From Candidatus Woesearchaeota archaeon (GTDB lineage Archaea > Nanobdellota > Nanobdellia > Pacearchaeales > GW2011-AR1), in contig CAZCXX010000010.1 in NCBI GenBank assembly GCA_964502865.1, positions 1-23,640 on the forward strand: DNA of 23,640 bases. The letters run 5' to 3'. The notes below the pieces were generated by a model. That model was given only the letters and a program-made list of their open reading frames with translations. It ran no database searches and was not told the DNA's origin. This document shows, piece by piece, positions 12,046 to 20,094 of the stretch (position 1 is its first letter; every line of letters begins with the position of its first letter). The translations under genes and the position numbers were made by a program.

Positions 12046-12065
12046 CATTTCATCATTGATTTCTC

Positions 12066-13058
12066 ATGCCCAAGGAATTATCACTCGCGCGGAAAAACCT
12101 TTTACGGCGTGCGCGCGAACAACACGGAATACCTGTGAAAGGATATGACTTTAGCGCAGGTGTTGATTATGCGGCCGTGATGCGGAGAGCTGCAACGACT
12201 GGATTTCAAGCTACTCATCTCAGTCAAGCTATTGAGATTACTCGACAGATGATTGCGGCAGATGCAACAATCTTTTTGGGATATACAAGTAACATGGTGA
12301 GTTCGGGACTAAGAGATGTGTTTCGGTATCTGGTACAGGAAAAAAAAGTGCAAGTGATTGTAACGACTGCAGGCGGAATTGAGGAGGATATTATGAAATG
12401 TTTGGGGGACTTTATACTTGGGGATTTTCGTATGAAAGGAGCAGAGTTACGAAATAAAGGCATCAACCGCATTGGAAACGTTCTTGTTTCGAACAATCGA
12501 TATGTAGCATTTGAACAGTGGGCGCAGCCTATTTTGGAAACATTGTATCAAGAGCATCGACATCATGGAACGACCATCACTCCTTCTGAACTCATTTGGA
12601 AACTAGGCGAAACAATTAATAACCCCGAGAGCATTTGTTATTGGGCGTGGAAACATAAAATTCCAATCTATTGTCCAGCTTTGGGCGATGGAGCGTTAGG
12701 AGACAATATTTATTTCTTCAGCTTCAAACATGAAGATTTCATGATTGATCTTGTTGGTGATATTCGCGCATTAAATAACACAACATTGGGTTTAAAAAAA
12801 TCAGGAGTTATTATTCTGGGCTCGGGCGTGGTCAAGCATGCAATTTTGAATGCAAATATGCTGCGTAACGGTGCAGACTATGCGGTGTACATCAACACCG
12901 CTCAAGAGTTTGATGGGAGCGATGCTGGCGCGCTGCCTGATGAGGCTGTGTCGTGGGGGAAAATATTGCCGAATGCGAAAAGTGTGAAAGTGTTTGCTGA
13001 TGCAACGATTGTATTTCCATTACTTGTTGCAGAGACGTTTGCGAAGCAAACGTCTTAG
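12066..13058 (+). CDS. dys: deoxyhypusine synthase
   Basis: DHS-typical blocks are GYTSNMVSSGLRD, VIVTTAGGIEEDIMKC, NRIGNVLV, LGSGVVKH and GSDAGALPDEAVSWGK. Confidence 0.9.
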   Translation: MPKELSLARKNLLRRAREQHGIPVKGYDFSAGVDYAAVMRRAATTGFQATHLSQAIEITRQMIAADATIFLGYTSNMVSSGLRDVFRYLVQEKKVQVIVTTAGGIEEDIMKCLGDFILGDFRMKGAELRNKGINRIGNVLVSNNRYVAFEQWAQPILETLYQEHRHHGTTITPSELIWKLGETINNPESICYWAWKHKIPIYCPALGDGALGDNIYFFSFKHEDFMIDLVGDIRALNNTTLGLKKSGVIILGSGVVKHAILNANMLRNGADYAVYINTAQEFDGSDAGALPDEAVSWGKILPNAKSVKVFADATIVFPLLVAETFAKQTS

Positions 13059-13079
13059 TTTTTACCCTTGCGCAAAAGA

Positions 13080-13472
13080 TTATTTTTGCACAAATTCTAC
13101 ATTTTCAAATTTTTCAAAATCACTATCACCTGTCAGGAACTTGATACTCATGCGTTTTGCGATGGTGTAGCCGATTGCATCAGGAATTGAAAGATTGCGA
13201 TGTTTTGTCTTCAAGTCCATAGCGTTTATGATATCGCTCCACGCAACTTTTACAATGCGCGATCGATATTTTGATGTAATTGAGTCAGATCTTTCTTTAG
13301 AGTGTTCTTTCTTGAGATTATAATTAAGTTCTGCAATGTTAAAAATCGTTGTTACCATTTGGACATCCAAATAAGGATCATATTTTGGATTTCCCTGAAT
13401 TATTTCAAAAAGTGCATATGTATCAAAAAAATACATGCCCCTATTAGTTCCAGTCTTATCTATCTGATTCAT
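13080..13472 (-). CDS. vapC: PIN-domain toxin (VapC-like)
   Basis: YFFDTYALFEI supplies the first acidic residue, and DAIGYTIAKRMSIKFLTGDSDF is the C-terminal PIN motif. ATG 13472 has GGAG 7 nt upstream and overlaps the antitoxin by 17 nt. ATG 13436 is an alternative start. Confidence 0.8.
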   Translation of the reverse strand: MNQIDKTGTNRGMYFFDTYALFEIIQGNPKYDPYLDVQMVTTIFNIAELNYNLKKEHSKERSDSITSKYRSRIVKVAWSDIINAMDLKTKHRNLSIPDAIGYTIAKRMSIKFLTGDSDFEKFENVEFVQK

Positions 13473-13662
13473 CTAAAATCTCCTTTGTTGTTCGCTTGAA
13501 CTTCAGAACGCCAAAAGTTTCTCGAAGAGGATTTTTCTTCTTTGTTATCACTACTTCAAGTGGCTCTTCTTCTCTTAGCTGCTCTTCTCGCACTTTATTC
13601 ATAGGAACAATGATTCCGAATGAGCGCCCCCAGCGCTTGAGTTTTGTTTCTATTTCAATCAT
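13456..13662 (-). CDS. vapB: AbrB/SpoVT (MazE-like) antitoxin
   Basis: KLKRWGRSFGIIVPMNKV is the swapped-hairpin AbrB-type motif. The start is set at ATG 13662 because of the TATA at 13681-13693. Confidence 0.7.
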   Translation of the reverse strand: MIEIETKLKRWGRSFGIIVPMNKVREEQLREEEPLEVVITKKKNPLRETFGVLKFKRTTKEILDESDR

Positions 13663-13680
13663 GGTTATATTGATATAACC
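13663..13680 (-). promoter_or_regulatory. 18-bp palindrome between the TATA box and start codon of the AbrB-PIN operon (operator candidate)
   Basis: In ggttatat-tg-atataacc the 8-nt half-sites are exact reverse complements. It directly abuts ATG 13662. Confidence 0.55.
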
Positions 13681-13725
13681 ATCTATATAAATCTTTGCAT
13701 TCAGTAGGGATATGATTAAAAAAGG
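13681..13725. promoter_or_regulatory. divergent TATA boxes (AbrB-PIN operon and gatB)
   Basis: atctatataaatc (13681-13693) serves the minus strand and lies 22 nt from ATG 13662. gattaaaaaagg (13714-13725) serves the plus strand and lies 22 nt from ATG 13744. Confidence 0.55.
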
Positions 13726-13743
13726 CATTTTGTTAAAGGATTT

Positions 13744-15114
13744 ATGAAAGCGATTGCAGTTATTGAAGGCATGATTGGACTTGAAATACACGTATACGTA
13801 TTAACTAAAGAAAAATTGTTTTGCACTTGCATTGCGTCGCGTAAGAAGGGGATAGCAGAAAATATTTACATTTGTCCAACATGCACTGGCATGCCGGGGG
13901 CGAAACCAATGCTTCCGAACAAAGTAGCTGTGGAAAAGGCTGTGCAAATTGGTTTGATGCTTGGGTGCACAATTAATAAAACACTGAGATGGCAGCGTAA
14001 ACATTATGCATGGCCTGACTTGCCGAAAGGGTATCAAAACACCCTTTCGGGGCGACACGCGGTTAGTGTTGGTGTCAAGGGAAATTTTTTCGGTATTCAT
14101 ATTTCTAGCATGCATCTTGAGGAAGATCCAGCAGCGTGGGATCCGTCTACTGGGAGGATTGATTATAATCGTTCTGGACTCCCGCTGGTTGAAATTGTAA
14201 CTGAGCCTGACTTTTCGACTGCTGAAGAAGTTACCGCATGGCTAGAAAAGCTGCTTCACCATCTCGCGTATTTAAAAGCTGCGGATTCAAACGCAGGCAT
14301 TAAAGTAGATGTTAACGTAAGCATTCCCGGGAAAAGTGAACGTGTTGAAATTAAAAATATAAACTCTCTTGAAAGTATTCGGGCAGCAATAGAATATGAG
14401 CTGGAACGACAAGCGCGTGAAGGTGGAAAAAAGCGCGAGACGAGAAGGTTTGATGCAGCCAAAGGAATAACAATGAAAATGCGTGAAAAAGAGAGTGGAG
14501 AGGATTATCGTTTTATTACAGACCCTGATTTACCGGTGCTTGTTTTGGAAAATGACTTTGTTGCTATTCAACGAGCGCGCATACCTGAGACGCCAGAAGT
14601 AAAACTTGAGCGTCTTAGCAAAGAATATAAAATTGACAAATACAACGCAGATATTTTGACGCGGAATATAGACCTTGTTGATTTTTATGAGAAGGTGAGT
14701 GAACATATTGACGCAAAGTTTGCTTTGCCATGGGTGACCGTTGAATTACTGCGTGTTTTGAACTATAATAAGAAGAACCTCGATGAAGTTTCTATTGAGG
14801 TGGAGCATTTTGTTGCGTTATTAAAACTCGTAAAAGAAGGAAAGATTACAGAGTTACAGGGGAAAGAGATTTTGAATAAGTTTGTACCTAAGAGTTTCAT
14901 GCCCGAAGCGGTACACGAGAAGATTACGAATGAGGAAGAATTGAGCGTAATTATTTCCGCAGTCGTTCGTGAGAATCCAAAAGCAGTGGCAGATTATAAA
15001 ACGGGCGAGAAACAAGCGTTCAACTTTTTAATGGGTGAAGTGATGAAGAAGACGGAGAAGCGGGCTGATTTTAAGGTTGCTGGGGAAATGCTGAAGAAAG
15101 TGCTCGGCAAGTAA
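13744..15114 (+). CDS. gatB: Asp/Glu-tRNA amidotransferase subunit B
   Basis: It has IGLEIHVYVLTKEKLFCTC, CPTCTGMPGAKPMLPN, HLEEDPA and EIVTEPD. The C-terminal YqeY-like tail is FNFLMGEVMKKT. At 456 aa, the length fits GatB rather than GatE. Confidence 0.87.
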   Translation: MKAIAVIEGMIGLEIHVYVLTKEKLFCTCIASRKKGIAENIYICPTCTGMPGAKPMLPNKVAVEKAVQIGLMLGCTINKTLRWQRKHYAWPDLPKGYQNTLSGRHAVSVGVKGNFFGIHISSMHLEEDPAAWDPSTGRIDYNRSGLPLVEIVTEPDFSTAEEVTAWLEKLLHHLAYLKAADSNAGIKVDVNVSIPGKSERVEIKNINSLESIRAAIEYELERQAREGGKKRETRRFDAAKGITMKMREKESGEDYRFITDPDLPVLVLENDFVAIQRARIPETPEVKLERLSKEYKIDKYNADILTRNIDLVDFYEKVSEHIDAKFALPWVTVELLRVLNYNKKNLDEVSIEVEHFVALLKLVKEGKITELQGKEILNKFVPKSFMPEAVHEKITNEEELSVIISAVVRENPKAVADYKTGEKQAFNFLMGEVMKKTEKRADFKVAGEMLKKVLGK

Positions 15115-15127
15115 TCTTTAAATAAAC
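15114..15127 (+). promoter_or_regulatory. TATA box for the 15146 gene
   Basis: atctttaaataaac lies 22 nt upstream of ATG 15146. Confidence 0.6.
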
Positions 15128-15145
15128 ACATCACTCCTTTAAAAG

Positions 15146-16093
15146 ATGTGCATAAGAGGGGTGAACGTAGGGTTTTTTCTTGCGATAGCTCTCATTTTTG
15201 GATCGTTTTTTGTGTCGGCAGTTGACGTTGCGACACCTGTGGGTTTTTCGTTGACTCCTCACGAAAGTAGCATTGCACTTTCATGGTTATCTTCAGCGGA
15301 GAACGTACTTGTCTGGCGGGCGTATGATGCTGAAGGACCGTGGTTTATTCATGAGGTTGTTGCGGCGTCGAGGGGAAGGTATGAGGATACAGACATTGAG
15401 CAATCGACGCGGTATTACTACCGCGTGCAAGGGCTTTCTAGCAGAACGATGTCAGGGTTTTCTGAAACACTGTCAGCGCTCGTGACATATGACGAAGACA
15501 TTGTACTCGTTAATGCCGCGGATGATTTAAGCGAAGTGCCTGAGGTGGGCGAAGGAGAAGGATTGTCGAATGAGGAATATGAGCAGCGCTTAGCTTTATA
15601 CAATCACCATCTGCTTTGCAAGAAATTGGCACAAGAGACACCGGGTGTTTTTATTGAGGCAGGGTGCGATCCACGAAAGAATGTCGGTGAGGGAACGAGC
15701 GGAACTCTTGGCGATCTTTTGCCCGGAACTACAAAATTACCTGATAAGAAAGCAGCTGATTTGAGTGATAAAATTGAGAAGTCGGGAACGGCAGGAGGTG
15801 GTTCGGATTCAGGCTCGAGTAACACCGGAGGTGGCGGTGGTGGCGGTGGTGGCGGCTCGGGAAGTGGAGGTTCTGGAGGCGCAGGAGGAATCGGGGTGAA
15901 CGAAGGACGAGGTTTCGTTGCGGTGTGTGATGATTGGGAATGCGTGACAGTACCGGTGCTGATTGAACGTGGGGGCGAGAGATGGCAATTAGGGTATTAT
16001 CCGGAAGAGTTTGGTGTGGAGAAGGCGCGGCTTTCGTACCGAAGCACGCAGGGGAAATTTATGAGCGTGGATACAGCTTTTTCTGAAGAGTAA
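15146..16093 (+). CDS. secreted protein with an FN3-like domain, an acidic region, a poly-Gly linker and a small C-terminal domain
   Basis: The signal peptide is GFFLAIALIFGSFFVSA. The FN3-like pattern is LTPHESSIALSW...VWRA...RYEDTDIEQSTRYYYRVQG. The Gly linker lies at about 15791-15895. Confidence 0.7.
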   Translation: MCIRGVNVGFFLAIALIFGSFFVSAVDVATPVGFSLTPHESSIALSWLSSAENVLVWRAYDAEGPWFIHEVVAASRGRYEDTDIEQSTRYYYRVQGLSSRTMSGFSETLSALVTYDEDIVLVNAADDLSEVPEVGEGEGLSNEEYEQRLALYNHHLLCKKLAQETPGVFIEAGCDPRKNVGEGTSGTLGDLLPGTTKLPDKKAADLSDKIEKSGTAGGGSDSGSSNTGGGGGGGGGGSGSGGSGGAGGIGVNEGRGFVAVCDDWECVTVPVLIERGGERWQLGYYPEEFGVEKARLSYRSTQGKFMSVDTAFSEE

Positions 16094-17227
16094 TCAAAAG
16101 ACGTTTTTTATAAGCGATAGAAGCTCTGCGAGTGCGCCGCCGATAAAGATGATGATGAGGAGAAGAGTAAGCCAGAGGTTGTAGGGCGCAAGAGGAGGAC
16201 TTGCATCGGGATTTGCTCGGCGAGCGCGCGGAAGCATTGCAAGAATAAGGAGCGCGGTGAGGGTTCCCGAGAGGATTCCGCCAATGCTCATAATCAGCGT
16301 GAATTGTGCTTTATTAAATGATGCAAGCACTAGGACGAGTAAGAGCGGAATGGCGTTGGCAAGCAACCAGGCTTGATTTCTCGAACAACGGCAGTCGAGT
16401 ACCAGCGTGTCGATGAGGGCGAGCGCGAGTGCAAGGTATGCGGTCGCCAGTGTTATAATACTCAGGAGTATGAATGGTTTGCCGAGTGCAAGCGTGGCAA
16501 TTTCCGGTGTTCGCTCTCCTTGCGAACCAAGCACGACAAGAGTGAAGCATGCATAGAGTACGGCAATTAGAAGATACGATGTCATGATCAAGCGTCGCAT
16601 GACGCGTGGAGCTTTAGCAAGCATCATTTTCATCTCAGGAATTGCAGAGAAACCGAGGAAGGCGAAGAGGATCAAGCCAAAGGGAAGCAGTGCGTTTGAG
16701 AAGGAAATAGAGGTGAGATTTTCTATTTGTACCTTGGGTGTATATATTCCAATGATGACTACCATGAGGAGCAGCATGAGTGCAACACCAATCATTTCGC
16801 TTTTGCCGATGTCTTTTTTACGATGCGTGATACAGGCGAATATGAGCCAGACGATGAGCAAAGCCGGTAATGCATTCTCAGTAGAGCCAGTCAAGAGATA
16901 ACTCAGAGAGTGTCCTTCACCAATAAGATATGCCATGAGTGCGGAGTAGATTCCTCCAATGGTCGCGATGAGCATGAGTATCTTGCTTCCTGTGCCAAGA
17001 TATTTTTCCGCGTAGCCAGGAAGTTGGTGACGTTCTTTTGTTCTGAGCGCAATTTCTGCAAGGTAGAGCGTTATTGTCATGACTGCGGCACCGATGACAA
17101 TGATATGTATTAATCCGAGAAGGAATCCTGAGCGAGCCACTACGTAAGGAATGCCTAAGAAACCGGCACCGACGATAGTACCGATTAGCAGCGCGGTTGC
17201 CATCGTTTTGGGGCGAAAGGGATGCAT
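16094..17227 (-). CDS. amino-acid permease (APC superfamily, Aa_trans / Trp-Tyr permease-like)
   Basis: It has about 11 TM segments and LLIGTIVGAGFLGIPYVVARSG near the N-terminus. The ORF-track start at 17248 is GTG. ATG 17227 lies 22 nt from the TATA-like box at 17246-17256. Confidence 0.8.
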   Translation of the reverse strand: MHPFRPKTMATALLIGTIVGAGFLGIPYVVARSGFLLGLIHIIVIGAAVMTITLYLAEIALRTKERHQLPGYAEKYLGTGSKILMLIATIGGIYSALMAYLIGEGHSLSYLLTGSTENALPALLIVWLIFACITHRKKDIGKSEMIGVALMLLLMVVIIGIYTPKVQIENLTSISFSNALLPFGLILFAFLGFSAIPEMKMMLAKAPRVMRRLIMTSYLLIAVLYACFTLVVLGSQGERTPEIATLALGKPFILLSIITLATAYLALALALIDTLVLDCRCSRNQAWLLANAIPLLLVLVLASFNKAQFTLIMSIGGILSGTLTALLILAMLPRARRANPDASPPLAPYNLWLTLLLIIIFIGGALAELLSLIKNVF

Positions 17228-17245
17228 GAGCTTTTCAACACTCTG

Positions 17246-17256
17246 CACTTTAAGAG
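17246..17256 (-). promoter_or_regulatory. TATA-like box for the permease gene
   Basis: The minus strand reads ctcttaaagtg. It is 22 nt upstream of ATG 17227. Confidence 0.45.
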
Positions 17257-17262
17257 CTTTTT

Positions 17263-17335
17263 TATGGATAATTCTGTTGATTAGTCTTCGTTTCCAGAAT
17301 TATCCATCACGAGAATTTTGTACAAATATTATATC
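17263..17335 (+). repeat. stem-loop repeat family 2, copy C
   Basis: The stem is 17265-17276 tggataattctg paired with 17295-17306 cagaattatcca, a perfect 12 bp. It is followed by tcacgagaatttt, 7 nt, and atattatatc. It is collinear with copy A. Confidence 0.8.
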
Positions 17336-17437
17336 AATTAACAGAATTATCGATACTTGATGCGTGAAGCATGCACTGCGAAAAACCGCTCCTTCTGAGC
17401 GGGTTGCAAAACATTAAAAAGCTTCTGAAATAGATAA

Positions 17438-17513
17438 TTATAGTGGAAGACCTAAGTCCTTCCCCTAATAGCAGACGACTGAACGGGGAGAAACTTATGT
17501 CGTCTGCTATATA
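17438..17513 (+). repeat. hairpin repeat family 1, copy 2, ending 2 nt before the tRNA
   Basis: 17438-17468 matches 4700-4730 at 28 of 31 positions. 17482-17512 matches 4758-4788 at 29 of 31. The core differs, 13 nt here against 27 nt in copy 1. Confidence 0.8.
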
Positions 17514-17514
17514 C

Positions 17515-17601
17515 GGGCCCATAGTTTAGTGGATAGAATTCGAGGCTTCGGCATGCACTTGGAGAAACCTTGAGACCAGGGTTCGATTCCCTGTGGGCCC
17601 G
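17515..17601 (+). tRNA. tRNA-Arg (anticodon UCG) with a 15-nt intron at the canonical 37/38 position
   Basis: The acceptor stem is GGGCCCA/TGGGCCC with discriminator G. The D-loop is AGTGGATA. The anticodon stem is CGAGG/CCTTG. The T-arm is CAGGG-TTCGATT-CCCTG. The intron at 17552-17566 allows the helix CUUC/GGAG, flanked by 3-nt bulges in a relaxed bulge-helix-bulge. No CCA is encoded. Confidence 0.85.
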
Positions 17602-18507
17602 TTATTTCTTCTTTCCATCGAGGGAGATGGTGATTTTAAGAAGCCCTCCGATGCCAATGAGGACTTCTTCCCATCCTTTCTGATCTGCAATTTTACAGAT
17701 AGAGAGAGTAACTGGAACGTCGCCAATCTGACCCGTGCAATAGCGGTTGTACATACGCTGCATTGGAAGAATTTTATCCTGGAGTGTGGTGCCGAGCGTT
17801 AATGCGTCAGGCTTCTCAAGTCGTATGGTTGTTTTGTAAAAACATCCTGAGTCTGCACCCCAGACATTATCTTGGGTTTTGTCGCTGTTAGTTGTCATGA
17901 GCGATGTGGCATTCTTTTCAGGAGATTTTAGGATTTCATTTCCTGTTTCATGTACTGTTCTAATCGAGGGGTTTTTGAAAACAAAGAACTTACAAAACTC
18001 TGGAGGAGAGTATTTCTCTTTGTTTGAGAGGGAGTAAGGGGGTTCAACATTGAGGATAAACGGCTCGGCATTATCCGTACCTTCATTTGCTACGAGGAAT
18101 ATTAACTCGTCGCCTGGTTCTGCATTTTCGAATGCTTCATCAAAAGCGACTTCATTTGTTGTGTTATCATCGATTTCCGCATCAGATATTTCCCATTCGG
18201 TATTTTCGCAGGCAGTACCTTCTGCATTACAAGAGTTATCACATACCACGGTTTTCGAGCTTGCACGTTTTCCGTTACATGTGTGTTCGCGCGCGATTCC
18301 TTTCCTGCAGGTGTCAACGAGAGTACGCGTCGTTCCAAATATAGTTTCATAGGTTACTTTTCCTGGAATTTTTTCATATGGACCGTCATCTGTTTCAGCA
18401 CACGTGATTTCCTGAGAGATTACGTTACCTGTTGTTTTGACTGCAACAAACGCGAGCGCAGCAGAGAGCAGTAGAAAGAGAAGGATGAATGGAATGCTTT
18501 TTTTCAT
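17602..18507 (-). CDS. secreted protein with an N-terminal six-Cys module, function unknown
   Basis: The signal peptide is MKKSIPFILLFLLLSAALA, followed by KTTGNV. The module CAETDDG..VDTC..EHTC..VCDNSCNAEGTAC lies at 18208-18402. The start is set at ATG 18507, 23 nt from the TATA. The stop codon abuts the tRNA 3' end. Confidence 0.75.
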   Translation of the reverse strand: MKKSIPFILLFLLLSAALAFVAVKTTGNVISQEITCAETDDGPYEKIPGKVTYETIFGTTRTLVDTCRKGIAREHTCNGKRASSKTVVCDNSCNAEGTACENTEWEISDAEIDDNTTNEVAFDEAFENAEPGDELIFLVANEGTDNAEPFILNVEPPYSLSNKEKYSPPEFCKFFVFKNPSIRTVHETGNEILKSPEKNATSLMTTNSDKTQDNVWGADSGCFYKTTIRLEKPDALTLGTTLQDKILPMQRMYNRYCTGQIGDVPVTLSICKIADQKGWEEVLIGIGGLLKITISLDGKKK

Positions 18508-18526
18508 CCAGAGAGGATGCATGTAG

Positions 18527-18580
18527 ACTTTTTAAACGTTGTTCACACAGTCTTTATTTGCGACATAAGATTTAATAAGC
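18527..18580. promoter_or_regulatory. divergent TATA boxes (18507 gene and proS)
   Basis: On the minus strand, cgtttaaaaagtc lies at 18527-18539. On the plus strand, aagatttaataagc lies at 18567-18580, 22 nt upstream of ATG 18600. Confidence 0.55.
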
Positions 18581-18599
18581 TTTGTCGGTATCGAGCAGC

Positions 18600-20084
18600 A
18601 TGGTTGTTAAACAAGGAAGTTCAGACAAAACATCGGATGCGAAGAAAGATACTGAGAATGTGCCTGAGAAAGATACGAAAGGCTTGACAGTCAAGAAGCA
18701 TGAGGATTTTTCTGAATGGTACACGCAGGTTGTGCAGAAAGCGGAATTGGCTGATTATGCTCCGATACGGGGGTTTATGGTTATTCGACCAAATGCTTAT
18801 GCGATCTGGGAAGAGATTCAGAGGTATTTTGATGGCGTATTGCGAGAAAAAGGCATACGGAATGCATACTTTCCTCTTTTAATTCCTGAATCATTTTTTA
18901 AGAAGGAAACAGAGCATGCTAAGGGTTTTGCTCCTGAACTTGCATATTTAGAAGGCAAGGATGAAGGAGAGCGCTTGGCAATTAGACCAACTTCAGAGAC
19001 GATAATGTATGATTCTTATGCTAAGTGGATTCGCAGTTGGCGGGACTTGCCGTTAAAGATTAATCAATGGAATAATGTGCTTAGGTGGGAGGTAAAGCAG
19101 TGCAAGCCATTTTTGAGAACACGAGAATTTCTTTGGCAGGAAGGACATTGTGTATTTGCAAGCGAAGAGGGAGCAGAGAATGGTATGATGGAGATTATTC
19201 ATGAATATAAGAAACTCTGTGAAGAAGTGTTGGCTATTCCTGTACTTTTGGGCAAAAAATCAAAGACAGAGACATTTGCTGGAGCGAAGAAGACGATGAC
19301 GGTTGAGGCATTGATGCCTGATGGAAAAGCTCTTCAGATGGCGACTTCTCACAATCTTGGGCAGGGATTTGCAAAAACATTTCATATTAGTTTTAAGGGA
19401 ACTGATGAGAAAGAACATATTCCGTGGCAAACTTCCTGGGGATTCTCCACCCGTTTGATTGGTGCGATTGTTATGGTTCATGGCGATGATCGAGGTTTGG
19501 TAATCCCTCCTAAGCTCGCTCGAGAAAAAGCAGTCATCGTCCCTATTGTATTTGATGAACATAAGGAAGAGATTCTTGCAAAAGCTCGAGGACTTGCAAA
19601 GAAACTTTCTCACTTAGGTGCTTTTGTGGATGATCGTGAATATTCTCCTGGATGGAAGTTTAGTGAGTGGGAAATGAAGGGAGTTCCTCTTCGTATTGAA
19701 ATAGGTCCTAAAGATCTGGAGAAGAAACAAGTTACTCTTGTGAGAAGAGATACAGGAAAGAAGGAAAGCGTTGCTGAGAAAGATATTGAAAAGACTGTGG
19801 CTGCGACACTTGAGACGATGCAGAAGGATTTGTATGACAAAGCAAAAGCTTTTCTTGATTCTCATATCGATAGCGCCAAGAATCTCAAGGAGCTTAAAGA
19901 AAAACTCAAGGAGCGTAAGATGGTGCGGGCGTATACTGTGGATGAAAAAGAGGTTGAAGAAGCGGTAAAAGAGGCGACTGGAGGAGCTACTTCTCGTTTT
20001 GTAGAAGAGAGTGATACAGAAGGTATTTGTATTCAAAGCGGGAAGAAAACAAAGACGATTGGGTATTTCGCGAAGGCATATTGA
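18600..20084 (+). CDS. proS: prolyl-tRNA synthetase, archaeal/eukaryotic type
   Basis: It has FSEWYTQVVQKAELADY, IRGFMVIRPNAYAIWE, class II motifs (RPTSET, LRTREFLWQEGH) and a C-terminal domain ending in YFAKAY. The start is set at ATG 18600. The ORF-track start at 18582 is TTG. Confidence 0.92.
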   Translation: MVVKQGSSDKTSDAKKDTENVPEKDTKGLTVKKHEDFSEWYTQVVQKAELADYAPIRGFMVIRPNAYAIWEEIQRYFDGVLREKGIRNAYFPLLIPESFFKKETEHAKGFAPELAYLEGKDEGERLAIRPTSETIMYDSYAKWIRSWRDLPLKINQWNNVLRWEVKQCKPFLRTREFLWQEGHCVFASEEGAENGMMEIIHEYKKLCEEVLAIPVLLGKKSKTETFAGAKKTMTVEALMPDGKALQMATSHNLGQGFAKTFHISFKGTDEKEHIPWQTSWGFSTRLIGAIVMVHGDDRGLVIPPKLAREKAVIVPIVFDEHKEEILAKARGLAKKLSHLGAFVDDREYSPGWKFSEWEMKGVPLRIEIGPKDLEKKQVTLVRRDTGKKESVAEKDIEKTVAATLETMQKDLYDKAKAFLDSHIDSAKNLKELKEKLKERKMVRAYTVDEKEVEEAVKEATGGATSRFVEESDTEGICIQSGKKTKTIGYFAKAY

Positions 20085-20094
20085 GCGCACTTGC

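Noticed and set aside
17355-17400. C/D-box sRNA (TGATGC at 17359-17364, CTGA at 17395-17398)
   Set aside because: There is no credible C'/D' pair. The box spacing does not give two ~12-nt guides, and the C box is degenerate.
4700-17513. Family 1 copies as direct-repeat att sites of a 12.7-kb integrated element next to a tRNA
   Set aside because: The interval contains core housekeeping genes (uppS, dys, gatB). The repeats do not include any tRNA sequence, and no integrase is present.
17334-17522. 62-aa ORF on the minus strand upstream of the tRNA
   Set aside because: It overlaps the tRNA 5' end and the family 1 repeat. It is a translation artefact of non-coding structured DNA.
17369-17559. 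9-mer gcatgcact shared by the tRNA intron (17551-17559) and the upstream spacer (17370-17378)
   Set aside because: A single 9-nt match in 23.6 kb on two strands is within chance expectation. There is no extended complementarity.
4892-18507. Diversity-generating retroelement targeting the variable surface proteins
   Set aside because: There is no reverse transcriptase ORF. I found no template/variable repeat pair with A-specific mismatches in the window.
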